Origin: an uncultured Methanosarcinales archaeon | GTDB taxonomy: Archaea; Nanobdellota; Nanobdellia; Woesearchaeales; CAZYIM01 | Assembly: GCA_964647565.1 (NCBI GenBank) | Contig: CAZYIM010000032.1 | Coordinates: forward strand, 1-33,481 | DNA: 33,481 bases | Direction: 5' to 3' | Shown: positions 17,288 through 27,409 of the stretch, one piece after another | Position numbering within the stretch: position 1 is the stretch's first letter | Layout: each line of letters opens with the position of its first letter | The notes under the pieces: generated by a model | What the model was told of the DNA's origin: nothing | The model's input: the letters and a program-made list of their open reading frames with translations, nothing else | The model's database searches: none | Made by a program: the position numbers and the translations under genes

Positions 17288-18982
17288 ATGTCAGGAATAT
17301 TCTTTGATATAGGCATTATTATAATTATCGCAACAGCCTTTGGCTTCATAGCTAGATTGCTCAAGCAGCCTCTAATCCCAATCTATATTCTTTCAGGCAT
17401 ATTTTTAGGTCCCATCGGCCTCGGTGTTGTCAGCGACGCAGAAACAATAAAGACGCTGGCCGAAATAGGAATTGCCTTCCTATTATTCATGGTTGGTATG
17501 GAACTGGACTTAAAAAAACTCAAAGATATTGGCCTTATCGCTTCTGTTGGAACAGTCTTTAGAGTGATAATCATCTTTGCCCTGGGATTCCTACTCATGG
17601 CTATCCTCGGATTCACAAGCATGATAAGTGCTTATATTGCCCTGATTATCTCATTCTCGAGCACAATGGTAGTTGTTAAGCTATTGTCAGATAAAAAAGA
17701 ATTAGATACTCTTCACGGCAGGATAATCATAGGTATACTATTAATGGAAGACGTGCTTGCAATCATGGTGCTTTCGGCTCTACCATCGATAAGCAATTTC
17801 TCGTTTTTTATCTTTTTCACATCTCTGTTAAAGGGATTGGGATTGATAATGCTGGCCATGATTGCAAGCCGTTACGTCTTCCCTCTATTGTTCAAGTTTG
17901 CTGCCAAATCACAGGAGATCCTTTTCCTGCTTTCCATAACAGCGTGTTTTTCATTCGGACTATTGAGCAGCGCACTAGGCTTCTCAATTGCCATAGGCGC
18001 CTTTGTTGCAGGTGTTGCATTAGCCAACCTGCCATACCATACTGAAATTGCCAGCCGTATTCGATCATTAAGAGATTTCTTCTCAACCCTGTTCTTCGTC
18101 TCTCTAGGAATGGAACTCACTTTTATCAACATAGGATCTTTTATATTACCCATAATCGGAATCGTGATTCTGATTATTTTCATAAAGCCCTTAATAATAA
18201 CAATTAGTTGCAGTTTGTTCGGATATAAAAGGAAAACTGCATTCATGACAAGCGCCAGCTTAACCCAGATTTCTGAGTTCGGACTGATTATAGCTGCGCA
18301 AGGAATGCTACTTGGCCACATCGGTCAGGAAATTCTCTCTTTAGCAACAATCGTAGCGGTCGTAACTATCAGCCTGACCACCTATCTGATCAAGTTTGAT
18401 GACAAACTCTATGATAAGCTCTCTAATCGCCTGAAAATATTTGAAAATCTCAGCAGGCATAACAAAGAACTGCACTATTTTACTGAAGAAAATATCTATA
18501 ATGTAATCCTGGTCGGATACGACCGGATAGGATACAGCATTTTTCGGAAATTACATCTACTTAAAAAAGGAACTCTTATTGTAGATTTCAATCCAGATAT
18601 CATTAAAAAACTGATTCGAGAAAAAATACCTTGCGTATATGGAGACATCGGAGATGTTGAAACCGTTTCAAAAATGAATCTTGGAGATGTCGAATGGTTA
18701 ATATCTACCATTCCAGATCACACCAGCAACATCCTGCTCATAAAGAAACTCAAAGAGGTCAACAGAGAAGCACACATCATTGTAACATCCTATTTTGTCG
18801 ATGAAGCTCTCGAGCTTTATGACATGGGTGCAGATTATGTTATCCTACCCCATCTTCTTGGAGGAGAACACGTATCATTCCTATTAGAAGAGGTCTCATC
18901 CAACATCGACAAACTGATAGACACTAAATTAGAACATATCAAAGAGCTCAGGAGGCGAAAGCACGTTCATCATCACACATAA
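17288..18982 (+). CDS. CPA2/Kef-type cation:proton antiporter with C-terminal TrkA-N (KTN/RCK) domain
   Basis: LAEIGIAFLLFMVGMEL, FSSTMVVVKLL, LLMED, QISEFG; NAD-binding-type LVGYDRIG, YGD, GADYVILP. Confidence 0.92.
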   Translation: MSGIFFDIGIIIIIATAFGFIARLLKQPLIPIYILSGIFLGPIGLGVVSDAETIKTLAEIGIAFLLFMVGMELDLKKLKDIGLIASVGTVFRVIIIFALGFLLMAILGFTSMISAYIALIISFSSTMVVVKLLSDKKELDTLHGRIIIGILLMEDVLAIMVLSALPSISNFSFFIFFTSLLKGLGLIMLAMIASRYVFPLLFKFAAKSQEILFLLSITACFSFGLLSSALGFSIAIGAFVAGVALANLPYHTEIASRIRSLRDFFSTLFFVSLGMELTFINIGSFILPIIGIVILIIFIKPLIITISCSLFGYKRKTAFMTSASLTQISEFGLIIAAQGMLLGHIGQEILSLATIVAVVTISLTTYLIKFDDKLYDKLSNRLKIFENLSRHNKELHYFTEENIYNVILVGYDRIGYSIFRKLHLLKKGTLIVDFNPDIIKKLIREKIPCVYGDIGDVETVSKMNLGDVEWLISTIPDHTSNILLIKKLKEVNREAHIIVTSYFVDEALELYDMGADYVILPHLLGGEHVSFLLEEVSSNIDKLIDTKLEHIKELRRRKHVHHHT

Positions 18983-19020
18983 TAAAAAAACATAAAAACA
19001 CACAAAACAAGAATAATAAA

Positions 19021-20556
19021 ATGCAATCTGCTGCAAAAAGACTCATCGGGGCTGGCTTCATTAATAAGAAATATAAAGGATTGTATCGTGATATGTCTGA
19101 TAAAGAGAAAAAAAATCACATCAAACACCTATCAGATTCTCAAGCTAAGAAAGAAGCCGACGGCGAATATGTTGAAGTCGAGAACAACCAATGGGATTAC
19201 ACAGGGTATCCGCCTACAGTTAAAAAATATAGAATGATCTATGAGTCCATGCAGGCAAATATGGAAGAGAGTTATTTCTGGATCAAGGAACATATCAAGC
19301 AGGATCAAGGCTTTCATTATTTCACTAAGATTGTTGATATATTCTCAGCAACAGAGAGCAGCTCATTCTGGGGTGTGATGAACCAACGGCTCATGCAACT
19401 CCAGGATAAGGTAGGACAATTTATGGGAACCATAGCTAATATGGTAAAGACTCTATTCCAAATTGTCAGGGAGATAAGGGTCATTGACGAAAGGCTTGCC
19501 GCCTATCACTCATGGAAAGAGAGCAAAGCAGCCGACCTCACTCTAAAGGGTCTATTCATAGATCAGGTTGAAGGTGCAAGCAAGAATCCAACATCTGTTT
19601 ATGGACTTGCCCAGACAGTAGGTTTCACAATACTACCAGACTTATTCTTTAACACACAAGCATATTCCCAAGAAGAGATCGAGGAAAAGGTTGAAGCAAT
19701 GGATTATAATATTGCTGTCAAGAATATCCTGAAAAGAAAACTGTTTCAATATGTAACCTGGAAACTACGGACTGAAGAAGAGCTTGAGAACAGGAGATCT
19801 TTTACAATAAAATACCTGCGGCAGCACTGGGATACAATCAAGATGTATATGTCCTGGATCAAACCACACATCAAGTCTATAAAAAGAATGCAGATGAACC
19901 AGAATCAGATTGACAGCGCAGATATGATCAGCGGATTTGAGACTGGCGTCATTGAAATTGAATTCCTTGCAAAGCAGCAAGCAATCAAAGGTGTCTGTCC
20001 TGTTATTGTCGCATCTTTCTTCTATAGGACAGTACCCAAAATGGACTCTCAGAAAGAGTGGCAAAGAGGAGCTATTCACATTGGCAGGATTGAATTCAAT
20101 TTAAGAGCATACACATGGACAGAGAAACAAATAGCTGCCTATATCAAGATGCGAGATGAAGAAGACCTTGAACTCCTGGGCTTTATTGACGGCTCAGTTG
20201 AGGCAGCTATGGAAGCACTGGGAGACGACCTAAAGAGGTATCTTAAGGAAGCTGGAGGAGAGGACCTAGACAGATTCAAAAGTAAAGATGAAGTTAAAAA
20301 GAGAAAAAAGCGCTCTATAGGTCTGGGTGCTCTCGAACCATTTGTGGCTATTTTCAAGGGAATATTTGAGATTGCGGATGCCCTAATTCCTATCTCTGCA
20401 ATTGCAGGTAGTGCTTCTGATGCAGCGAAGAGAAGGAAGAAGTCTTCTGGTAGCCCGCCTGCAAGCGCATACAAAAGCGCTAAGAAAGCTGTTACTTTCC
20501 ACATGTATCAAGCTTATAAGAATTATAAGAAAGCACATAAGATGCTTTCATGGTAA
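19021..20556 (+). CDS. Hypothetical protein (helical/coiled-coil rich, 511 aa)
   Basis: Long ORF; first gene of a tightly coupled three-gene run. Confidence 0.8.
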   Translation: MQSAAKRLIGAGFINKKYKGLYRDMSDKEKKNHIKHLSDSQAKKEADGEYVEVENNQWDYTGYPPTVKKYRMIYESMQANMEESYFWIKEHIKQDQGFHYFTKIVDIFSATESSSFWGVMNQRLMQLQDKVGQFMGTIANMVKTLFQIVREIRVIDERLAAYHSWKESKAADLTLKGLFIDQVEGASKNPTSVYGLAQTVGFTILPDLFFNTQAYSQEEIEEKVEAMDYNIAVKNILKRKLFQYVTWKLRTEEELENRRSFTIKYLRQHWDTIKMYMSWIKPHIKSIKRMQMNQNQIDSADMISGFETGVIEIEFLAKQQAIKGVCPVIVASFFYRTVPKMDSQKEWQRGAIHIGRIEFNLRAYTWTEKQIAAYIKMRDEEDLELLGFIDGSVEAAMEALGDDLKRYLKEAGGEDLDRFKSKDEVKKRKKRSIGLGALEPFVAIFKGIFEIADALIPISAIAGSASDAAKRRKKSSGSPPASAYKSAKKAVTFHMYQAYKNYKKAHKMLSW

Positions 20557-20557
20557 A

Positions 20558-21148
20558 ATGGCTGATGATATAGAGGAAGAGATCAAGAACCTTCCCCCTG
20601 CAGAAAGGATAAAGAAACTAAAAGAGATAGAAGAGAAAAGAAAAAAGGAACTGAAGGAACTTGAGATTAAGAGGACAGAGGACGTTAAAAAAGCTGAGGA
20701 AATAATCAAGGCTAGCATCGAAGAGATTACAAAAAATGAGGAAGCCAGATTTATACGTCAAGAAACCCTGAGAAGAGAGCTTGATGAAGAAAGAGAACAA
20801 CTGGAGCTTGAAGACACTCTGGATAAAGAGAAACCACGAGAACAACCCCTTCCTACTAACATCGAATATAATCCATTTGATGAACTTCAACATGGTCATG
20901 TCAGCATCTATAACATTGCAAATGAAAATGTCTATGGAAAACTTAAAAGTATGACGGAAAGGTTAGCCAGCGGTCAATGGACAGAAGCTGACTCCCAATT
21001 GGTTGAACAAGTTAAAGAGCAAATAGACAATCTTCAGGGTAAAAGGGATGATGACTATTTCAATGAGAAAGATCCCAACTGCTACTTAAAAAGAACCGAA
21101 GAGATAATCAAGAATCTTGACATATACAGGAGGATGAAGAACCTATGA
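20558..21148 (+). CDS. Charged coiled-coil hypothetical protein
   Basis: ATG 1 nt after the upstream stop (MADDIEEE...); E/K-rich; ATGA overlap with the next gene. Confidence 0.75.
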   Translation: MADDIEEEIKNLPPAERIKKLKEIEEKRKKELKELEIKRTEDVKKAEEIIKASIEEITKNEEARFIRQETLRRELDEEREQLELEDTLDKEKPREQPLPTNIEYNPFDELQHGHVSIYNIANENVYGKLKSMTERLASGQWTEADSQLVEQVKEQIDNLQGKRDDDYFNEKDPNCYLKRTEEIIKNLDIYRRMKNL

Positions 21149-23109
21149 TTTTCAACGAAATAACACCCGCATACTATACTGCTATTGACTCGTTTGAACA
21201 GGCAGATCAGATCCAGGAGACCATATCTGTTCCAGAAGAGAAAGACGGCGATTTCAAGACAGGTCTAGGTCCAAAAGAGATAGGAACAGGTGCCAATCCA
21301 TTTGAGCATCCGCTAAGCGGTTTGAATGCCAGGATAAAGCATGGAGCTGGCAGGGTTGAATTCACATTCTTTGGTGCAGGAAAGGGTAACAAAGAAAGAT
21401 TCACACCAGAATCTATTAGTTCAAAAGAAAGAAAGGACATGAGGGAGCTGGCTGAGATCAACCAGATCAAAACCTCTACACACGCCTCGGTAGCAGTCCA
21501 GGGCCTTGCAGGCATGGGCCAGAATGGCTTTGACAATGCCCAAAGGTACCAGGCTGTAAAAGAGATCAAAAAAGCTGTTGATTTTGCTGCAGAAGCCACC
21601 ACTGGCGGAGCCATCGTAGTGCATACAGGCGAATGGAACAGACCTATTTCAGAATCCTGGAAAAGAGAGGGCTTTATTGGTTATGATGAAGAAGAGAAGG
21701 AAGCCCAGGTATTTGTAGTTGACCAGAGGACAGGTAAGTTTGTGGGTGAGATCAGCAAGGACAGGATCATATATGAGCCAGAGTATGAGACTAATGAAGA
21801 TGGCGAATGGATTGATATGGACGGTAATGTCATTTCCAAGGATGCTTCTATCAAGGAAAGATTCAATAGAGTACCGGTTTGGAATAAGGAAAACAGAAAT
21901 TTCAAAACTCACCGATTAACATGGAATGACCTTGTTGAAAAAAGTGAAACATGGAACAAGACACATCATGAAGACCAAATTACACCCGAAATAGCTTATA
22001 TGAGAATCCAGCTAGAGAACCAGATCTTGCAAGCAAAAGGATCCTCGCTTTACCACGCCCAGAGATATGAGGGTGAGAAAAGGACCAGAGATGCTCTTAA
22101 GGAAGCATTGGCATTCTATGAGAAACTAGAGGCAACCATTCCAGACGATGAGAAATGGAGATTGCTTACCAACAAACTGGCTCAATACGGTCTAGCAGGC
22201 CAATTCACCAGACCAAAACTAGGTATGCCAAGTGAAATCTTAAAAAATGAGTTGACCCAGACCTCTGATATGATGCGATACACGCATGAGGCTTCAGGAG
22301 CTGCAGATGTCCAGGCCTCAACCCATATGGAAATGTATGAGAACCTCGTAACTACCAAAGAATACGGCCTGAAGAAGACTGCTGAGACTATCTCAACCGC
22401 AGGCATCCACGCCATGCATCAATACGAGCAGAACAAGGATCATCTTGATGAACCATTATATGTAGCCCCTGAAAACTGGCAGACCACCCAATTCGGAGGA
22501 CATCCTGATGAGTTAAGAGAAATCATTGAATCATCTCGAAAAAGGATGGCTGCAAAGCTGAAGAATCAGTTTGGCGAACAAAAGGCCAAAGAGCTGGCTG
22601 CAACACACATAAAGGCAACCCTGGATGTTGGCCATATGAACCAATGGAGGCAACATTTTCAAAAGGAACAGGGCGAAACAGAGGATGAGTGGCATAAACG
22701 ATTCAACAAATGGCTGGTCAACAAGACCAAGGATATGGCAAAGGATGGTTTAATAGGTCATGTACACCTTACAGACAACTTTGGTTATGATGATGAACAT
22801 CTGACTCCTGGCGAAGGAAACGCGCCTATCAAGGAGTTTGTCACAGAGATGGAAAAGGCAGGACTTAAAGAGTTCATTGTTGAAGCTGGAAGCTTCAATC
22901 CACTAACAGCTTTACCTGATACCTGGACTTATCTTAAAAGCCCTGTCTATGGAGTTTCGAGAAGGCAAGTAGGAGCGCCTGGAGGCCCAAGCCATTTCGG
23001 TAATTTCCAGCATCAGCATTTCGGTTACAATGCGCCACCACATTATATAATAGGAGCCTATGTACCATCCAATGAATGGAAGCTCTGGACAGAAACGCCG
23101 TTGGAGTAA
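21145..23109 (+). CDS. Xylose-isomerase-like / AP-endonuclease-2 TIM-barrel metalloprotein with a large insertion
   Basis: Metal-ligand motifs STHAS, IVVH, APEN, TLDVGH, HVHLTDN..YDDEHL.PG.G and IVE. About 270 aa lie between VVH and PEN. Confidence 0.75.
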   Translation: MIFNEITPAYYTAIDSFEQADQIQETISVPEEKDGDFKTGLGPKEIGTGANPFEHPLSGLNARIKHGAGRVEFTFFGAGKGNKERFTPESISSKERKDMRELAEINQIKTSTHASVAVQGLAGMGQNGFDNAQRYQAVKEIKKAVDFAAEATTGGAIVVHTGEWNRPISESWKREGFIGYDEEEKEAQVFVVDQRTGKFVGEISKDRIIYEPEYETNEDGEWIDMDGNVISKDASIKERFNRVPVWNKENRNFKTHRLTWNDLVEKSETWNKTHHEDQITPEIAYMRIQLENQILQAKGSSLYHAQRYEGEKRTRDALKEALAFYEKLEATIPDDEKWRLLTNKLAQYGLAGQFTRPKLGMPSEILKNELTQTSDMMRYTHEASGAADVQASTHMEMYENLVTTKEYGLKKTAETISTAGIHAMHQYEQNKDHLDEPLYVAPENWQTTQFGGHPDELREIIESSRKRMAAKLKNQFGEQKAKELAATHIKATLDVGHMNQWRQHFQKEQGETEDEWHKRFNKWLVNKTKDMAKDGLIGHVHLTDNFGYDDEHLTPGEGNAPIKEFVTEMEKAGLKEFIVEAGSFNPLTALPDTWTYLKSPVYGVSRRQVGAPGGPSHFGNFQHQHFGYNAPPHYIIGAYVPSNEWKLWTETPLE

Positions 23110-23202
23110 GCAAAAAATCCTGCCAATACCAGAAGGATTTACTCTATGTAATAACTTTTTATTTTTCAAAACTTTATATATAAATAACTTAATATTTATA
23201 AA

Positions 23203-23736
23203 ATGAACAAGTTAAAAATACACATAGTTATAACCGGAGGAACAATTGATTCTTATTTTAAGGGTTCTTTAGACACTGTTGTTCCAAAAAAACACTCAGT
23301 GATTCCTGAATACATTAAAAACTTACAATTATATGAGGAATTTCAATTCTCTGAAATCTGTATGAAGGATAGCAGAAATCTCACAAAACAAGATATTAAA
23401 AAAATCTGCGAGACTGTTGAAAATAGCCCTCATAAAAGAATAATTATTACACATGGGACTTACACAATGCCAAATACAGCTAAATTTCTTGAAAGGAATT
23501 TAAAAAATAAAAATAAAGTAATAATTATTACTGGCGCTATGGTACCACTGGAAGGTTTCTCACCTTCTGATGCCCCGTTCAATTTGGGTTTCTCCATCGC
23601 AAGATCTAAAGATTTACCAACTGGTATTTACATATGTATGAATGGTAGAATGTTCTCTCCAAAAGAAGTACATATACCTCAAAAGAATGTGAATTTCATT
23701 ATAGAAGGTAGATTTACTTCAATAACAAATAAATAG
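23203..23736 (+). CDS. L-asparaginase-like protein (N-terminal catalytic domain only)
   Basis: ITGGTID, KDS, ITHGTYTM, TGAMVP, SDAPFNLG. Confidence 0.85.
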   Translation: MNKLKIHIVITGGTIDSYFKGSLDTVVPKKHSVIPEYIKNLQLYEEFQFSEICMKDSRNLTKQDIKKICETVENSPHKRIIITHGTYTMPNTAKFLERNLKNKNKVIIITGAMVPLEGFSPSDAPFNLGFSIARSKDLPTGIYICMNGRMFSPKEVHIPQKNVNFIIEGRFTSITNK

Positions 23737-23811
23737 AATGTACTCATTCCCACTGTCTTTAACCCGAAAAATTAATAAACCCCAATTATTCTGTAAATAG
23801 AAGAGAGGTGA

Positions 23812-24615
23812 GTGGTTTTGGATTTCAGAGTTAAAAATAAAGAAAATCCTAATGTCAAGAAGTACGGCACTAGTGATCTTGACATCGCCTATGTCTTTGC
23901 AAAACAAATACATAAAGAGATAGGTCCTGTTCTAAAAGCAATTGTCATATTCGGCAGTACAGCCAGAAAAAAACAGAACAGGCACGACCTTGACATCCTT
24001 CTGATCATCGATGATGTTACCATCAAACTTACACCTGAGTTCATCCAGACTTATAGGATTGTGGTAAAACAGATCATAGCTAAGGTTTCGACCAAGATCC
24101 ATGTCACAACCTTACGACTCACAAATTTCTGGGAATATATCAAGGCAGGAGATCCAATCGCAATAAACATCTTAAGGGATGGCGTACCTTTAGTAGACTC
24201 GGGACTTTTCGAGCCTTTACAAGCTCTGCTATACCAGGGCAGGATAAGATCAACTCCTGAATCAATGTGGGCTTATTTCAACAGGGCACCCCAAACCCTA
24301 ACCAACTCAGAATGGCATCTTCTACAGGCAACTGTCGACCTCTATTGGGCTGTAGTTGATGCAGCACATGCTGCCCTGATCAAGATGAATGAGATACCGC
24401 CTTCCCCAGAGCATGCAGCTGAGATGTTGACCGAGAAACTGGTCAAACCAGGTCTCCTTGATAAGAAGCATCCAAAGACCATGCAGCTATTCTACAAACT
24501 AAGCAAGGATATCGAACGCAAGAACCTCAAGAGAGTGACTGGCAAGGAATACGATAAATATCTCAAGCAGGCCAAGGAGTTTGTTGCAGCAGTGCAGCAG
24601 ATAATAAAGAAATAG
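23812..24615 (+). CDS. Minimal nucleotidyltransferase-HEPN fusion protein
   Basis: IFGS...HDLDILLIIDD (Pol-beta NTase). C-terminal helical HEPN-like DLYWAVVDAAHAAL...PPSPEH...YLKQAKEFV. GTG start after GAGGTGA. Confidence 0.8.
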   Translation: MVLDFRVKNKENPNVKKYGTSDLDIAYVFAKQIHKEIGPVLKAIVIFGSTARKKQNRHDLDILLIIDDVTIKLTPEFIQTYRIVVKQIIAKVSTKIHVTTLRLTNFWEYIKAGDPIAINILRDGVPLVDSGLFEPLQALLYQGRIRSTPESMWAYFNRAPQTLTNSEWHLLQATVDLYWAVVDAAHAALIKMNEIPPSPEHAAEMLTEKLVKPGLLDKKHPKTMQLFYKLSKDIERKNLKRVTGKEYDKYLKQAKEFVAAVQQIIKK

Positions 24616-24645
24616 ACGAGTTCTAAAAAAAATGTTTGTCCTAGA

Positions 24646-24738
24646 GAAAAAAATAACAACATGGCCAGGCGAGCGTTAGCGAGTAGGACTTTTCTATAGG
24701 AAAAGGCCGTCTGTGCCTTCGTTGTTGTTATTTTTTTC
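24646..24738. repeat. 93-bp element with perfect 16-bp terminal inverted repeats
   Basis: GAAAAAAATAACAACA (24646-24661) / TGTTGTTATTTTTTTC (24723-24738), enclosing a GC-richer core with TGGCCAGGCG, CGAGCGTTAGCGAG and a CTTTTC/GAAAAG hairpin. Confidence 0.7.
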
Positions 24739-24802
24739 GTCATTTATGTTTCTATTTCTTACCTTCGAAAATGTTAAAAATCTATTCATTTCACTCGCCT
24801 CT

Positions 24803-25378
24803 ATGGATTTTGATATTCAGAAGAAAAAGACACTGGATGCTTTATACAAACCAGACCAGTCCAAGAAAGGCAATGTAGATGTGCAGATAAAAGATCTGCT
24901 TGATCTAATCAATGATAAATATGACTATTACACCACAAGCTCCTGTGCTGGCAGGATAAATCTTTTTGTTGAACCTAAGTCTGGCAGAAAGGATCATGCA
25001 GAATGGTTGTTTGTCAGCCACGACACTGCCCAGGCAGATTCTGTTTTAGAGTCTGTTGCCAAACTACCTAAAGAGACAGTTTGGTTCAGGTTTGAAAGTG
25101 CAATACTACACATATGCTGCAGGGATATGGGTGCAGCTAAGACACTGGTTGACCTTGCTCATAAGATGGGTTTTAAGCATTCAGGCATAATTTCTATGAG
25201 CAAGAGGATCATGGTCGAGATTGTCTCAACAGAAAGGATCGATACGCCTATTTCAAAGGAAGGTAAGCTGTTGGTTTCTGAAGACTATATCACATTCTTG
25301 GTTGAAAAAGCCAATAAAAAACTGGATAAGAACAGGGAAAGGATTGATAAGTTCAAGAAAAGTTTTTCTAAGCTATGA
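24803..25378 (+). CDS. taw3: tRNA wyosine-derivative methyltransferase Taw3 (TYW3 family)
   Basis: SKKGNVD, YYTTSSCAGRI, WLFVSH, ILH, GFKHSG; start placed at ATG 24803. Confidence 0.9.
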   Translation: MDFDIQKKKTLDALYKPDQSKKGNVDVQIKDLLDLINDKYDYYTTSSCAGRINLFVEPKSGRKDHAEWLFVSHDTAQADSVLESVAKLPKETVWFRFESAILHICCRDMGAAKTLVDLAHKMGFKHSGIISMSKRIMVEIVSTERIDTPISKEGKLLVSEDYITFLVEKANKKLDKNRERIDKFKKSFSKL

Positions 25379-25436
25379 GTTTAATTAGATTATAATCTAG
25401 TTCTATTGAATAAAAAGAAAAAAGAAAATAAAAAAA

Positions 25437-27083
25437 TTAAACTAAAAACTTAGCCACCAGTATAATGATGATTATCAGGATCAGTAAGATACCGAGTCCT
25501 AACAATATTAAGGTCATGCTGCCAGCATTGAAGAGGCTTTCTGAGCCCTTATCTCCAACAGCAACCTGGTAGTACTGAGATGGCGGAGTTGTAGTTGTTC
25601 CTGTACCTGTCTGAGGATCTCCTGGTGTGATGATAGTATCATCGCCATCATCATCGTCACCTGTATCATCATCGTCATCATCATCTCCAGTGTCTGGAGG
25701 TGTTGTTTGTCCGCAGTTAGGCACAACAAGTGTCAAAGACTTTGAATCTGACTCGTCATCATTGTCATAGTATACAGTCACTTCAACAAGGTATGTTCCC
25801 TGGCCGACATTGCTTGGTATACTTATATCATAAATCTTTGTCTCGTCGTCATCTTCATCAATCTCAAGATTAACATCTCTCTTGTAGAAGTCAAGATCAT
25901 CTGCCTTTACTTTGACTGAAACCTCATCTTCATCTTTCTTTCCTGAGTTCCATAAGTCAACAGAGAGTTTTGTTCTCCTGTTTGCGCAGCTTATAGTTTC
26001 AGGTGCAAGGTCTGCATCAACAATGGTAATCTCGTGATTTTTCTGCTTGATTTCGATATCAATGGTCCAACTATCCCTATGGATAGCACCATTTTCATCT
26101 TCTCCTTCAACAGTGATCTCTACTAGGTAACTGTCAGGATCGATGTCTTCATCAATATCTGCAGAAAGCTCGATTTCTTCCTTTTTACCATCTTTTATTG
26201 ATGATGTGTCTTCTTCCTCATCCCAATCAAGATCATCGTTATAGATAGTTACAGTAACATCATCCATATCAATATTATCGCTAAATGTGTTTTTGACCTC
26301 AACCAAGAAGTTGATTGTGTCTCCTCTCTTTGCATCATCATAATCATCGCCGTCATCTAGAGACTTGTCATCATCACCATCAGAATTTCTTGAAACTTCA
26401 ACATCTCTAATCTCAAGTTCTGATACTGCGTTCATATTCAGATCCGATGTCTGAGTATATGGTTGTGCGCTTGCAGTTCCTGCAAAAGTAACAATACCTA
26501 TTTTCTCTGAACCAGAATCCTGGTCTTCAGGAATATAAGCCATCACAGTAACAACTTGTGATGCACCTGGTGCTAGTGAGCTTGGTACATTCAAGAAAGT
26601 CACATTGTACTTAGAATCTGCGGTTGATGTTATAGTTATTCCAGTTACAGTATTAGAACCGGCGTTGGTTACTGTGAATGTGTTTGTTACAGTTTCTTCC
26701 CTTTCCTGGCTGTTACTGCCGATATTAACGTTTGGCAAGGTTACAGAAGTTGTCACAACATCGTTCACTGTTATCAGCATCCACTGAGCATCTGTGGAGT
26801 TGCCGTCGGTCACATTAAATGTTACGTTATAGACTCCTGCGTCTGAAAATCCAGGAGACCATGTGTATGTTGCTGCGGTGTCGCTTACTTTCGTAAGGGT
26901 TCCAAATCCTGCGTCTGTCGCAAATGTTGATGCGCCATTGTCAGGGGCGGAACATGTTATTGTAAAGGTTAAAACAGCACCTTCATCAACTGTCTGGTCT
27001 GCAATCACATTAAGAAGTGGGTTTGCAGATACTCCAACTGCCAGAACAATCAAAAAAAGCACGTACAAAGCAATCCTTTTCAT
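25437..27083 (-). CDS. Acidic cell-surface protein with Ig-like/CARDB-like domains and a C-terminal TM anchor
   Basis: Signal peptide, DQTVDEG..LTFT..WSPGFSDAGVYNVTFNVTDG (Ig/cadherin-like), several beta-rich acidic domains, Asp/Thr/Pro linker, hydrophobic C-terminus. Confidence 0.85.
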   Translation of the reverse strand: MKRIALYVLFLIVLAVGVSANPLLNVIADQTVDEGAVLTFTITCSAPDNGASTFATDAGFGTLTKVSDTAATYTWSPGFSDAGVYNVTFNVTDGNSTDAQWMLITVNDVVTTSVTLPNVNIGSNSQEREETVTNTFTVTNAGSNTVTGITITSTADSKYNVTFLNVPSSLAPGASQVVTVMAYIPEDQDSGSEKIGIVTFAGTASAQPYTQTSDLNMNAVSELEIRDVEVSRNSDGDDDKSLDDGDDYDDAKRGDTINFLVEVKNTFSDNIDMDDVTVTIYNDDLDWDEEEDTSSIKDGKKEEIELSADIDEDIDPDSYLVEITVEGEDENGAIHRDSWTIDIEIKQKNHEITIVDADLAPETISCANRRTKLSVDLWNSGKKDEDEVSVKVKADDLDFYKRDVNLEIDEDDDETKIYDISIPSNVGQGTYLVEVTVYYDNDDESDSKSLTLVVPNCGQTTPPDTGDDDDDDDTGDDDDGDDTIITPGDPQTGTGTTTTPPSQYYQVAVGDKGSESLFNAGSMTLILLGLGILLILIIIIILVAKFLV

Positions 27084-27409
27084 TTTTAAAAACCCCCATT
27101 TAGTTTTGGTTTTTGCACAATATATAAGTGCTATTATTAGCTATTCACGAGTAGTGAATCATCTCCCCTTTTTAAATATTTATATTCTCCAGGCAACAAG
27201 TTAAGTAATTAACTCATTCTAGAGTAATAATCAAATATATTGATTGTACAGTAGTATTTAAATTTATCGAAATATGTATTCTAAACTTCAACATCATATA
27301 ACAATTTTAATTTCACAATAAAGTCTAACAAAGAACGACCCGGAAAATTTCTGGGCTTAAAAAGAAACTTTAAAAAAGAAAAAAATGGCCTGTGTTCAGG
27401 GTGATAGAG

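Noticed and set aside
25635..25700. TCA-rich tandem repeat
   Set aside because: It simply encodes the poly-Asp linker of the surface protein.
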